From Eledone cirrhosa (Eukaryota), in contig OZ024741.1 of assembly GCA_964016885.1 (NCBI GenBank), positions 302,312,001 to 302,376,000 of the forward strand: 64,000 nt of DNA. The letters are read 5' to 3'. The translations under genes and the position numbers were made by a program. Below are positions 1 through 13,420 of this stretch, piece by piece. Every line of letters starts with the position of its first letter. Within the stretch, counting starts at the first letter, position 1. The notes under the pieces are model-generated. The model was not told the origin of the DNA, made no database searches, and worked only from the letters and a program-made list of their open reading frames with translations.

Positions 1-379
1 TTTGTTGTTGCTAAAGTGCAAAGTGTTGATTGACCAATTCATTTTTTTTTTTTTTTTGTAGTGGTGGTGGGTTACATGAATTACAGGAGAAAGAGCAGTA
101 CCTATAACAATTTTTAGGCCCTCTGAGATTGGTAGATGGAAATTTACTTCCGACTGTAGAACTTGAATATTTACAACAGAGTGCTCTATGATAAAGGCAT
201 CCACAGGCCAGCTGGTGTGCTGTTAAATGAGGTGAAAGGTTAAGTTTACCTAACACCCAAGAACATGGCCTCCACACAGTTTCCGTCTACCAAATTTCAC
301 TACTGATGTTATGGTAGAAGATACTTGCCTGAGGTTCTGTGGTGGTATGTGTGTATGTGGGCATTTATATGTCATCATT

Positions 380-690
380 AGTGAAGGCATGTAACTTCAT
401 GTTTAGGGTGTTTGGCTAATGAATCTAAGGTCATGAGTTTGATTCCTGGCAATGCATTGTGTTCTTGAGCAGGACACTTTATTTCACATTGCTTCAGTTC
501 ACTGGAGCTGGCAAACGTTATTTGAACCTGTAATTCACTGAATTTCCCTGAGAACTACATTAAGGATACACATGTTTGTGGAATGCTCATCCACTTGTGT
601 GTTAATTTCATGAGTGGGCTATTTTAGTTGTGTGAACAACTGGAACATCGATCGTCAGAACTGATGGTGGTCCAACACACATATAAACAG
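380..690 (+). mobile_element. Degenerate CORE-type tRNA-derived SINE (other copies ~1562-1880, 11117-11260, 13655-13795, 17905-18045; minus copy ~54600-55050)
   Basis: A/B-box-like head followed by TGTGTTCTTGAGCAGGACACTTTATTTCACATTGC...CAGTT, resembling the CORE domain. The clearest copy is at 11117 (TGGCTTAGTGGTTAGAGC...GAGTTCAATTCTC). Confidence 0.6.
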
Positions 691-2247
691 ACACCATCGT
701 CATCATCATTTTACATTTGCTTTCCCTTGTTGGCATAAGATAGATGGGTTTTTATAGACAGCCAGTTCTTATTTGAAGTTAGTGTTCTGGAAGTTTGGGA
801 GGACACTACATCTCACTACTACATTCCATTTTTTTGCATTTTTTTTTTTTTGTAGCTGGATGGCCTTCTTATCACCTAGAGTGTGTAATGGTGGAGAAAA
901 AGAGTGGAATGGGGGAGAGAATGTGTGGTGAAGGAGAAAAAGAGTTATGGATAATAAAGATGATGTGCTGGTAAGAACATGGTAGTGATGGATGTAAATA
1001 ATAAGTGATATGAGAGGAAGTAATGGGGCAAATGGAAAGAGTGATGGCTAGCAATAAAGAAGGCCTTAAATATGAATAGATCTAATATAATGCCATCTCC
1101 CATTATACAGGCAATATGATGAAAGAGGGAGACAGAGTGATAGTAAGTTATATTGATAAGAGAGAAAGTGAGTGGTAAATGAAATAGTGGGGAAGAGGCG
1201 GAAGAACCTTATATAGAGACTTAATATGAATATAATGGTTGGGAGAGATCAAAGTTTACATATACATCCCAGTTTCCACCACTGTAATCTTATTTTACAT
1301 CTACCTTTTTTATCATGCTTGCATGGGTTGGACTGCTTCTTTTCATATTCTTTGTCATCTCTTTCATGAGATTCAACTTCTTGAGATAAGTATTCACCAC
1401 GTCATCCCATGTCTTACTTTCCCTTCCTCTTCTACTGGTTTCATCCACATGCTCATACCAGCATAGTCTTCTCTATTGCATCATGCATCTGATTCCTGTT
1501 GCATGTAGTTCTTATATCAGCTCATTTTGCCTTGTTTCTTTCTATTTTATGGAAAGAAATGAGGCATACGTGCTTCACTAGATGTGTAATATAATAACAA
1601 AGGTGTCTGGATTGGTGATTAATCTTAGAGTTGTGAGTTTGATTCCCAGCAGTGTGTTATCCTTGAGCAATTCACATTATTTCATGTTTGCTCCAGTCCA
1701 CTTAACTGGAAAAAAAGATGCAGTGTATGTAATTCAAAGGGCCAACCTTGTTATATATGGTCTCATGCTGGTATATAATCTGTTATTTGCTCAGCAAATT
1801 TCATTTTAATTTTACAAGGGGTATGTGTCATTGATCGAATGACTGGAATATTTCTTGTTAGAAACGAAGGGGGGTCCAATACACAGCATATTAACATCAT
1901 ACATACAGCAGATCGTGCTTGTCTTATTTCTTTCTAACGTTTGCAAATCCTCCACATTTAAGACTCAAAGCTTGCTATTATGAAGAGTTAGACTTTTTGG
2001 AAAGAAAGGAAATGGGGTGTGATAGGCAGGACAAAAAGAGCTCTGCTTGTCATCCCCATTACATTGTCTCTTTTTCTTTTTTCTTTTTTTTTTTAAATTT
2101 AAAAAAAATCGTAACTACGAAATATAGGTAAAAGTTGTTTTGTTTGTCTTTCTTTGCCCTGCTTTTCACTCTTGTATTTCTAACTTGCATTGTAATGTGT
2201 TTCATATATTTCAGTATGCTATATATATAATCTGTTTATCTATCTAG

Positions 2248-2282
<35 letters not shown>

Positions 2283-2401
2283 ATGTTTATATATATATAT
2301 GTATAATGTGTATATATATATAATATATATATATAATGTATATATATAATGTATATGTGTGTATACATATATAATATATATAAATATATATATATATATA
2401 A

Positions 2402-3717
2402 AGAGGATGCTCTGGAGAGGAGCAATTATAGGGGTATAAAACTGATGGATCGGGTTATGAAAGTGGCAGAAAGGATATTAGCACAACTAATTAGAGAAAG
2501 GGTCAAACTAGATGAGATGCAGTTTGGTTTTGTGTCTGGGAAGAGTACAACAGATGCCCTCTTCTTGGTGAAACAATTACAAGAGAGGTTCTTAGAGAAA
2601 AATAAGCCACTATACTTAGCCTTTGTTGACCTAGAGAAGGCCTTTGATAGGGTACCCCGATCTGTCATCTGGTGGTCCCTAAGGAGACTAGGTATTGATA
2701 AATGGCTTGTGAGGACAGTGCAAACTTTGAACAGAGGTACTCTCAGTAAAGTCAGGGTAGGAATGGAGTTTAGTGAGGAATTCCCGATACAAGTAAGAGT
2801 ACATCAAGGTTCGGTCCTCAGCCCGCTCCTGTTCATTATAGTCCTCCAAGCCATAACAGACGAGTTTGAGACTGGCTGTCCATGGGAACTTCTCTATGCT
2901 GACGATCTGGTTCTTATAGCAGAATCAGTAGAGGAGCTAGAGAATAAATTCTGGCTATAGAAACAGCAGTTGGAAGCAAGAGGACTGAGAGTGAACCTAG
3001 CTAAGACAAAAGTGTTGATGAGTAGAAAAGAGGACAAAACTCTGATTCAGTCAGGGAAATGGCCATGTTCGATATGCAGAAAAGGAACTGGCATAAATTC
3101 TATAAAATGCACACAATGCAGATCCTGGGTACACAAGAGATGTAGCGGGATAGCAGCCAACTTACAGGTCGGGAGAAATATGTATGCAGTAGATGTACAG
3201 GGAAATTAGACAGTAGAAGTTATATTGACAGACACATTTTTCAAATGCAGGCGGGTGCTATAGAAGTGGTGGATAGCTTCCGGTACCTAGATCAGATTAG
3301 AATAAGGACGAGTTGGAAGAAGTTTAGGGAGCTGCTTCCTCTGCTGACGAAGAAGGGTTTCTCCCTGCGTACGAAAGGCCGGTGATATGATGTCTGTGTG
3401 AGGAGCGCGATGCTGCATGGTAGTGAGACTTGGGCAGCAACTGCAGAGGATATGCAACGGCTGGAGAGAAATGAGGCAAGCATGCTCCGTTGGATGTGCG
3501 TGAACGACCCAGCATGAATGTGTTGAGAGGGATAGAATGTAGCATGCGAGAGAGGAGACTGCGGTGGTATGGACATGTGATGCGCATGAAGGATGACCGA
3601 TGGGTGAAGAAGTGCCAGGAAATGCCAGTTGCAGGAAGACGTGGTAGAAGTAGACCACAAAAAACATGGGCGGAGGTGGTGAGCACAGACCTCAGATCGC
3701 TGAAGCTCACGGTGGTA
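2402..3717 (+). mobile_element. 5'-truncated, decayed RTE-clade (RTE-X-like) LINE: RT, Cys/His finger and thumb/C-terminus
   Basis: NYRGIKL, QFGF, FVDLEKAFDRVP, HQGSVLSPLLF, LLYADDLVL, then WPCSICRKG...CTQCRSWVHKRCSG and RRLRWYGHVMRM. Contains stops and frameshifts. Confidence 0.92.
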
Positions 3718-3774
3718 ATGTATATATATATATATATATAATGTATATATATATATATATATGTATATATAATG

Positions 3775-3810
<36 letters not shown>

Positions 3811-3874
3811 ATGTATATATGTATGTATATATATATATATAATGTATATATATATATATATAATGTATATATAT

Positions 3875-4065
3875 GTGGCCGTGTAGGCAACACGGTAAAA
3901 ACCTCCCAGACCCACACTGTAAATGTGGTTGGTGTTAGGAAGGGCATCCAACTGTAGAAAACCTGCCAGAAAGTCCTATGCGAGCAAGACAATCACTCTT
4001 GCCTCAAGTGGGACTACCCCCGTCCAAACCCATGCAAGCGTGGAACACGGACGTTGATGATGTGA
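3875..4065 (+). mobile_element. RTE-associated non-autonomous 3' module/SINE tail ending in (ATG)n (many copies: ~9425-9515, 10986-11075, 13804-13917, 24490-24531, 41182-41520(-), 42683-43080(-), 61895-62150, 63530-63860)
   Basis: Recurrent GTTGGTGTTAGGAAGGGCATCCA.CTGTAGAAA and ACCCATGC.AGC.TGGAA..CGGACGTTAAATGATGATG motifs. Confidence 0.75.
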
Positions 4066-4091
4066 TGATATATAATGTATATATATATATA

Positions 4092-4122
<31 letters not shown>

Positions 4123-4647
4123 ATGTATATATATATATATAATGTATATATATATATAATGTATATATATATATAATGTATATGTATATATATAATGTAT
4201 ATATATATATAATGTATATATATATATATATATATAATGTATATATATATAATAGATATATATATATATAATGTATATATATATATAATGTATATATATA
4301 TAATGTATATATATATATAATGTATATATATATAATGTATATATATAATGTATATATATAATGTATATATATATAATGTATATATATATATAATGTATAT
4401 ATATATATAATGTATATATATATAATGTATATTTATATATAATGTATATATATATATAATGTATATTTATATATAATGTATATATATATATAATGTATAT
4501 ATATATATAATGTATCTATATATATAATGTATCTATATATATAATGTATCTATATATATAATGTATCTATATATATAATGTATCTATATATATAATGTAT
4601 CTATATATATATGTATCTATATATATATGTATCTATATATATATATA

Positions 4648-4681
<34 letters not shown>

Positions 4682-4964
4682 GTATCTATATATATATGTA
4701 TATATATATATAATGTATCTATATATATATGTATATATATATAATGTATCTATATGTATATATATATATATATATAATGTATCTATATATATATATGTAT
4801 ATATATGTATATATATGTATATATATAATGTATACATATATATATATATAATGTATATGTATATATATATATATATATAATGTATATATATACATATATA
4901 TATAATGTATATATATATATATATATATATAATGTATATATATATATATGTATATATATATATG

Positions 4965-5018
<54 letters not shown>

Positions 5019-5036
5019 TGTGTATATATATATGTA

Positions 5037-5105
<69 letters not shown>

Positions 5106-5114
5106 GTATATATG

Positions 5115-5168
<54 letters not shown>

Positions 5169-5240
5169 TGTGTATATATATATGTATATGTATATATATA
5201 TGTATATATATATGTATATATATATATGTATATATATATG

Positions 5241-5277
<37 letters not shown>

Positions 5278-5558
5278 GTATATATATATGTATATATATA
5301 TATATGTATGTATATATGTATATATGTATATATATATGTATATATATATGTATATATATATATATGTATATATATATGTATATATGTATATATATATATA
5401 TATGTATATACATATATATGTATATATATATGTATATATATGTATATGTATATATATATATATGTATATATATATGTATATATATATATGTATATATATA
5501 TATGTATATATATATATATGTATATATATATGTATATATATATATATATATGTATATG

Positions 5559-5621
<63 letters not shown>

Positions 5622-5715
5622 TATGTATATATATTATGTATATATATTATGTATATATATATATGTATATATATATATGTATATGTATATATATATATGT
5701 ATATATATGTATATG

Positions 5716-5760
<45 letters not shown>

Positions 5761-5813
5761 GTATATATATGTATATATATATATGTATATATATATATGT
5801 ATATATATATATG

Positions 5814-5849
<36 letters not shown>

Positions 5850-5897
5850 ATGTATATATATATAATGTATATATATATATGTGTATATATATATATG

Positions 5898-5976
<79 letters not shown>

Positions 5977-6188
5977 GTATATATATATAATGTATATATA
6001 TATATGTATATATATATATGTATATATAATGTATATATAATGTATATATATATGTATATATATATATAATGTATATATATATATATATAATGTATATATA
6101 TATATATATATATAATGTATATATATATATATATAATGTATATATATATATATATATAATGTATATATATGTATATATATATATATAA

Positions 6189-6220
<32 letters not shown>
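4066..6220. repeat. Compound (TA)n microsatellite punctuated by TAATG/TG (similar fields at ~13920-17158, 18170-20598, 21395-22213, 23891-24485, 24932-27325, 28616-32370)
   Basis: Directly visible; it is the source of the Y/I-rich pseudo-ORFs. Confidence 0.98.
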
Positions 6221-6221
6221 A

Positions 6222-6402
6222 TTGTTTCTACTTTTGGCACAAGGCCATCAATGACCCAGTACATTACTGGTACTTTATTTTATCGACCCCATAAGGATGA
6301 AAGGCAAAGTTAACCTCGGCGGGATTTTAACTCAGACCGCAAAGGGACGTAACTATGCTGGAAAGCATGGCGTCCGACCCTCTACCGATACTGCCAATCC
6401 AC
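6222..6402 (-). mobile_element. tRNA-derived SINE with a GGGGTCGATAAAATAAAGTACCAG core (Meta-domain-like); other minus copies ~8117-8288, 9107-9222, 56030-56235, 58165-58372
   Basis: Reverse complement of the copies at 62474-62658: A box TGGCAGTATCGGTAG, B box GAGTT(C/A)AAATCCC. Confidence 0.75.
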
Positions 6403-6458
6403 AATGTGTGTGTATATATATATATATAATGTATATGTGTATATATATATATATATAA

Positions 6459-7749
6459 ATAAATAAATTATACAATTATCAAATTTGTGTTCAAATCATT
6501 TAATAGCTGACGATCGTTTCTTCCAACCTCTCGTTTGGAGTCATCGGAGCATTATCAATGTTTGCACATATAATTACCTTCCTATCCAACTGAACAATAA
6601 TATAGATACATATAAATTGTGAGCAACAGTTTCGTATTTACAGGGTGGAATGGATGTGACATATATTTTACGAGAATTGTACAATAATTGTACAAACATT
6701 CAAGTTAAAATCAAAATCAAAAGCACGCAGTGGAATATATGCAACAGTTAAAACAATATTAAAGAGGCATTGAGTAAGCAGTTTTGAGAAAGGAAGAGTG
6801 CGATAACAAATCATGCAGGCGTGTAGATAGTGTGACTGCGTAAGTCATATACATGAGAAGGAGACAAGCAAAGCTATTATGCATATATAGATGAATAAAT
6901 ACTGCAGTTGAAGCAAATATGTTAATGCATTACTTCCGGAAATTGACGATAGAAAATTTAACGGTTGATCAAATATAGTCTATGAATATGAATTCATAAA
7001 GACTAATTTACAATCCATTGCTCTAACTAACTTAAAACACTCAATATAAACATTAACTGAAATTTAATTCAACATATGTCATGGAAAAGTATGCAAAAAC
7101 TATGTTTCTCAACACACATTCATTCGAACACCATCAACATTCAACACCCACCATAGACTAATATATTAACATATTTGCTTCAACTGCAGTATTTATTCAT
7201 CTATATATGCATAATAGCTTTACTTGTCTCCTTCTCATGTATATGACTTATGCAGTCACACTATCCACATGCCTGCATATGATTTGTTATCGCACTCTTC
7301 CTCTCAAAACTCCTTCCTCAATGCCTCTTTAATATTTGGAGTATTCTCTTGTTTTAACTGTTGCATATATTCCACTCCGTGCTTTTGATTTGAATTTGAT
7401 CTTGAATGTTTGTACAATTATTGTACAATCCTCGTAAAATATATGTCACATCCATTCCACCCTGTAAATACGAAACTGTTGCTCTATATGTATCTATATT
7501 ATTGTTCAGTTGGATAGGAGGGTAATTATATGTGCAAACATTGATAATGCTCCGATGACTCCAAACGAGAGTTTGGAAGAAACAATTGTCAGCTATTAAA
7601 TGATTTGAACACAACTTTCATAATTGTATAATTTATTTATACTGATGTTCATACATTGAGCTATTTCTCTTACTGGTAATAAGGTAATTAAGAAATTACT
7701 GACCTTCTTGTTTATAGTTGTTTATACTATATACATAACTATGAATAGT

Positions 7750-7750
<1 letters not shown>
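6459..7750 (+). mobile_element. Fold-back insertion resembling an inverted Penelope-like pseudo-LTR (arms 6459-6926 / 7165-7640)
   Basis: ~470-bp inverted arms, each with a hammerhead motif, flanked by TA-rich repeats. No ORF is visible, so the PLE assignment is inference. Confidence 0.7.
7549..7593 (+). ncRNA. Type I minimal hammerhead ribozyme, U4C core variant (mirror copy 6506-6550, minus)
   Basis: gct CCGATGA ctccaaac-gaga-gtttggaa GAAA caattg TC agc. Stem III is palindromic (ACAATTGT; ACGATCGT in the mirror copy). Confidence 0.72.
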
Positions 7751-7795
<45 letters not shown>

Positions 7796-7816
7796 GTGTA
7801 TATATATATATATATA

Positions 7817-7856
<40 letters not shown>

Positions 7857-7992
7857 GTTATTCCGGGTTGAATCGGAGGTAACCACAGTAAGTAAGGTAC
7901 TCAATACATAGCAGAGTATAACAGTTTTAATATAGATGAGATTCTACAGGACTAGAACTGTTTCATTCATTAGAAATCATCAGGAATCTGAT

Positions 7993-8041
7993 GATTCCTG
8001 ATGATTTCTAATGAATGAAACAGTTCTAGTCCTGTAGAATC
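7993..8041 (+). ncRNA. Type I hammerhead ribozyme within a perfect ~120-bp palindrome 7931-8050 (mirror copy 7940-7988, minus)
   Basis: gattc CTGATGA tttc-taat-gaat GAAA cag-ttctagtc-ctg TA gaatc. Stem I gattc/gaatc, GUA cleavage triplet. Confidence 0.78.
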
Positions 8042-8072
8042 TCATCTATATATATATATATATATATATATA

Positions 8073-8118
<46 letters not shown>

Positions 8119-8345
8119 GTTTCTACGTTAGGCACAAGGCCAGCAATTAGCCAGTGCATTACTGGTACTTTATTTCATCGACCCCGTAAGGATGAAAGGC
8201 AAAGTCAACCTCAGCGGGATTTGAACTCAGATCGTAAAGGGACGTAACTATGCTGGAAAGCATGGCGTCCGACCCTCTACCGATACTATATATAATGTAT
8301 ATATATATATATATATAATGTGTGTATGTATATATATATATATAA

Positions 8346-8381
<36 letters not shown>

Positions 8382-8387
8382 ATGTGT

Positions 8388-9054
8388 ATCATCATCATCA
8401 CCGTTTTACGTCCGTGCTTCCACACTAGCATGGGTTAGACGGGTTGTCCTGTTATGGGCAATGTCCGGTCGGCTGACCATGCCTTGCTCATACAGGAACG
8501 GATTCTGATTGATTCCTACAGCTGGATGCCCTGCCTAACACCAACCTCATTTACAGTGAGTGCTGGGTGCTTTTTTCCGTGGCGCCTACACGTCCACTTT
8601 ACAGTGTGGACTGGGTGCTTTTTTGTAGTGGGAGGGTGTGGGGGCATATTGTCTATATGATTCAGCTTCGGCTTGTACCCGTGGGGGGTTGGGTCTTCTG
8701 TATTACTGCATGACACCAGAGGTCACGGTCGTGTGTCATCGCCTTTGAGCGGTGTAATTGGGTATGGTCGGCTTTTATCACCTCATCCCAGGTCTTCTTG
8801 GGTCTCCCAACTCCGCGGTTTCCATCGACTTCTACTGTTCTGCACCTTTTTATGCAGCTGTCATCCTTCATACGCATCACATGTCCATACCAGTGCAACG
8901 GCCTCTCCTGCACACAGCATTTGATTCCTCTTATGCTCAGTCTCTCTCTCAATTCATTTATGCTTTGCCGTTTGCATATATTACTGTTACACATCCATTG
9001 GAGCATGCAGGCTTCGTTTCTTTCTAATCTACGCAAGTCTTCCACAGGTCTCAC

Positions 9055-9056
<2 letters not shown>
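8388..9056 (-). mobile_element. RTE LINE 3' fragment plus SINE-like tail
   Basis: EDLRRLERNEACMLQWMC...LHWYGHVMRM...GRPKKTW, followed by the (ATG)n tail module. Confidence 0.85.
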
Positions 9057-9109
<53 letters not shown>

Positions 9110-9241
9110 CTTTCTACTTTTGGCACAAGGCCAGCAATTATCCCAGTGTATTACTGGTACTTTATTTTATCGATCCTGTAAGGATGAAAGGCAAAGTTAA
9201 CCTCAGTGGGATTTGAACTCAGTATACACATATGTAATGTG

Positions 9242-9281
<40 letters not shown>

Positions 9282-9548
9282 ATGTATATATGTATATCAT
9301 CATCATCATCATCATTATTTTACGCCCGCTTATATATATATAATGTATATATATATATATATATATAAAGTGTATATGTATATATATATAATGTGTGTAT
9401 ATATATATATAATGTATATATATAAGTTCCCGTATGAGCAAGACGCTACCAACAACAAGGCAACCCGTCTAACCCATCCTAGCGTGGAAGAACGGACATA
9501 AAACGATGATGATGATAATATATTTATATATATATATATATAGAAATG

Positions 9549-9578
<30 letters not shown>

Positions 9579-9579
<1 letters not shown>

Positions 9580-10040
9580 GGTTATATGATGCCTATGTGA
9601 AGAGCGCGATGCTGTATGGTAGTGAGACATGGGCAGCAACTGCAGAGGATATGTGACCGCTGGAGAGAAATGAGGCAAACATGCTCTGTTGGATGCCAAT
9701 GTGCGTGAATGACCGAGCATGGATGTGTTGAGAGAGAAATTGTGTCTGAGAGGGAGAGAATGTAGTGTGCGAGAGAGGAGACTGCGATGGTATGGACATG
9801 TGATGCGCATGGAGGATGACCGATGGGTGAAGAAGTGCCAGGAAATGCTAGTTGAAGGAAGATGTGGTAGAGGTAGACCACGAAAAACATGGGCGGATGT
9901 GGTGAGAGCAGACCTCTGATCGCTGAAGCTCACCAAGGAGATGACGAAGGACCGTGACAAGTGGAGAGCTGCTGTGCTGTGCTGAATAGGACCCCTCCCA
10001 CTCTTGTAAGCAGGGAAAAGTGGACGTAAAATGATGATGA
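9579..10040 (+). mobile_element. RTE LINE 3' end, same family as 2402-3717 (further piece at 21251-21393)
   Basis: RERRLRWYGHVMRMEDDRWVKKCQEM...GRPRKTW, ending GGACGTAAAATGATGATG. Confidence 0.85.
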
Positions 10041-10657
10041 TAATGTATATGTATATATATATATATAATGTATATGTATACATATACATATATATATAAT
10101 GTATATGTATACATATACATATATATGTATATATAATCTATATATATGTATATAATGTATATATATATAATCTATATATGTATATGTGTATATATATATA
10201 TGTGTATAATGTATATATAATCTATGTATATGTAACTATATATGTATATAATGTATATAATATATCTATGTATATGTATATAATGTATATAATATGTATA
10301 TAATGTATAAATAATCTATGTATATATATATGTATATATGTATATATATGTATATGTATATAATGTAATTGGTGTTGGATTCGATCATCACATTGATCAC
10401 GCCTCGAGCTGGTCGCCAGAGAAACGATTGTAATATGTCCAATAAATTCCAATCATCGCAACACTGATTCTCTTTTTTTCTGTGATATATATATAATGTA
10501 TATATATATATATATATATATGTATATACATAATGTATATATATATATAATGTATGTATATATATATATGTATGTATGTATATATGTATATGTATGTATG
10601 TATGTATGTATATATATATATATCATCATCATCATACGTCCGCTTATATATATATAA

Positions 10658-10711
<54 letters not shown>

Positions 10712-11072
10712 GTGTATATGTATATATATATATAATGTGTATATGTATATATATATATAATGTGTATATGTATATATATATATAATGTGTATATGTATAT
10801 ATATATATAATGTGTATATGTATATATATATATAATGTGTATATGTATATATATATATAATGTGTATATGTATATATATATATAATGTGTATATGTATAT
10901 ATATATATAATGTGTATATGTATATATATATATATAATGTGTATGTATATATATATAATGTGTATATGTATATATATATATATCAGTTTCCCGTATGAGC
11001 AAGTCAAGGTCACAAGGCAACCCGTCTAACCCATGGTAGCGTGGAAGACCGGACGTAAAACGGTGATGATGA

Positions 11073-11118
<46 letters not shown>

Positions 11119-11354
11119 AGGCACATGGCTTAGTGGTTAGAGCATTGGCCTAGCAATCGAAAGGTTGTGAGTTCAATTCTCAGACCGGGTGATGTGTTGT
11201 TTCCTTGAACAAGACACTTTATTTCACATTGCTCCAGTTTACTCAGCTGTAAAAATGAGATGATAGGGACTGTGATCCCTATCATTCCACTGCAAAGTGG
11301 TCGTGGAGGTGCCACGGCAAAAAAGCACCCAGCACTCACTGTAAATGAGTCAAT

Positions 11355-12232
11355 GGCCATCCAAAATCACCGGGAGAGATGACCCCTTAGCCTTTGTCAA
11401 GGCAGAATTCTAGGAGAACAAAAATTCTGATATAACACCTTCAACCCTGATGGTATCCAATGCTATTGACTTGTTATTCTTTTTTGGTAAATATCATCTT
11501 GGTTAAGAGAGTGGGACTGGCTTTGTGCAGTGCCTTTGCTCAGTATAAAAGCTTCATGGCACAGGCATTGCTGGAGATCTCTCTGCACTTGTCGTTACAT
11601 AGAACCATGGTCCCAGCACTGTGTCAATAATTGTCACAAGTGTAGTGTTTGTACCAGAGTTTTCATTTCAAGTCGCTGGCTGGACTAAAGAGTCGCACTC
11701 GTTCAGCGCATCGGTAGGGGTTCTCCTACATGGATATAAAGTAGTGGCCGTACTCGAAAACGAGTTGGCAGCCACCATGTATATATATATATGTGTATGT
11801 GTATATGTATGTATATATATATCCGGGAGAGATGAACCCTTAGCCTTTGTCAAGGCAGAATTCTAGGAGAAGGAAAACTCTGATATAACACCTGCAACCC
11901 TGATGGTATCCAATGATGTTGACTTGTTCTTCTTTTTGGTAAATATCATCTTGGTTAAGAGAGTGGGACTGGCTTTGTGCAGTGCCTTTGCTCACTATAA
12001 AAGCTTCACGGCACAGGCATTGCTATATATCTGGAGATCTTTCTGCACTTGTCGTCACATGGTGCCATGGGCCCAGCACTATGTGTCAATAATTGTCACA
12101 GGTGTAGTGTTTGTACCAGAGTTTTCAAGTCGCTGGCTGGACTAAAAAGTCACACTTGTTTAGCGCATCGGTAGGGGTTCTCCTACATGGATATAAAGTG
12201 GTGGCCGCACTCGAAAACGAGTTGGCAGCCAC
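11355..12232. repeat. Two diverged tandem copies (~11355-11777 and ~11823-12232) of an unidentified GC-richer ~420-bp sequence
   Basis: Both run CCGGGAGAGATGA.CC.TTAGCCTTTGTCAAGG ... CGAAAACGAGTTGGCAGCCACC and are separated by (TA)n. Confidence 0.85.
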
Positions 12233-12286
12233 CATATATATATATATATATATATATATGTATAAATATATATATGATCATATATT

Positions 12287-12498
12287 GTTATATGATGCCT
12301 GTGTGAGGAGTGCGATGCTGCATGGTAGTGAGACATGGGCAGCAACTGCAGAGGATATGCGATGGCTGGAGAGAAATTAGGCAAACATGCTCCGTTGGAT
12401 GTGCAATGTAAATGTACATGACTGACCGAGCATGGATGTGTTGAGAGGGATAGATTGTAGTGTGCGAGAGAGGAGACTGTGATTGTATGGACATGTGA
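12287..12498 (+). mobile_element. RTE LINE fragment
   Basis: LYDACVRSAMLHGSETWAATAEDM, then ...YGHV. Confidence 0.85.
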
Positions 12499-12887
12499 AA
12501 GAGCTGAACTTCCTGGGAAACCTCCGCAAGCAGGTTGACCAATCGCAAAAGAACAGCTTGAAGAGCGTTAACATCAACAACAATGACAATAATGATGATA
12601 GTAACAGTGGTAATAAGGAAGAAGAAACTATTATCACTCTCGAGGCTGACACTAGCATCGCTGTGGCTACCACTGATGGTATTTTACCCAGGATGGCTGC
12701 AGAGGCTCTGCATAGTTTGTCCAACGCTGTCTTCACTGGACAGGGTGACAGCATCAGGGTACCTGAAATTCATCCAACCATTGTTGAAGAAGATGGTCAT
12801 ACTGTTGTCATACTGCAGTTTGTTAACCAGACAGATGAGGGGGAGGAGGTTACAACCGAAGTTGAAGAGGCGACCAAAGTTATTTGA
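12494..12887 (+). pseudogene. Decayed 3' end of a C2H2 zinc-finger gene (last finger + acidic tail) fused to the RTE fragment
   Basis: With one frameshift it reads C-E-R-A-[x]-N-F-L-G-N-L-R-K-Q-V-D-Q-S-Q, which has C-x3-F-x5-L-x2-H-x4-H spacing with both His read as Gln. About 115 open codons of acidic tail follow, to TGA at 12885-12887. Confidence 0.5.
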
Positions 12888-12934
12888 AGGAACTGATCAT
12901 GTCGTCAGATGTCTGTATGGCACGATAAACGCAC

Positions 12935-13420
12935 TGTGTATGTGTGTGTTACTGAGTGTACGATTGCATGTGTGTGAGTATGTGTGTATGTTACTGAGAG
13001 TATGTATATATCAGTAACTGTATGATTGCATATGTGTGTGTGTGTGTGTGTGTATGTTACTGAGAGTATGTTTATATCAGTAACTGTATGATTGCATATG
13101 TGTGTGTGTGTTACTGAGAGTATGTATATATCAGTAACTGTATGATTGCATGTGTGTGTGTGTGTGTGTGTGTGACTGAGTGTACAATTGCATGTGTGTG
13201 TGTGTGTTACTGAGTGTAAATATATATCAGTAACTATGATTGCATGTGTGTGTGTATGTGTTACTGAGTGTATATATATATCAGTAACTGTATGATTGCA
13301 TGTGTGTGTGTTACTGAGTGTATATATATATCAGTAACTGTATGATTGCATGTGTGTGTTACTGAGTGTATATATATATCAGTAACTGTATGATTACATG
13401 TGTGTATGTGTAAGTATTAG
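12935..13420. repeat. ~50-65-bp minisatellite with an internal hairpin
   Basis: Unit (GT)n-GTTACTGA-g(a/t)gtat..ata-TCAGTAAC-tgtatgattgcat, about 8 copies. Confidence 0.9.

Noticed and set aside
10368-10475. Hammerhead-like remnant (ctgg-tcg-ccag-a GAAAC gatt GTA ... AATAAA)
   Set aside because: No CUGANGA core or convincing stem I; at most a decayed copy.
12935-13420. CRISPR-like appearance (palindromic repeat with variable intervening DNA)
   Set aside because: The intervening parts are (GT)n/(TA)n, not unique spacers. The context is eukaryotic and there are no cas genes.
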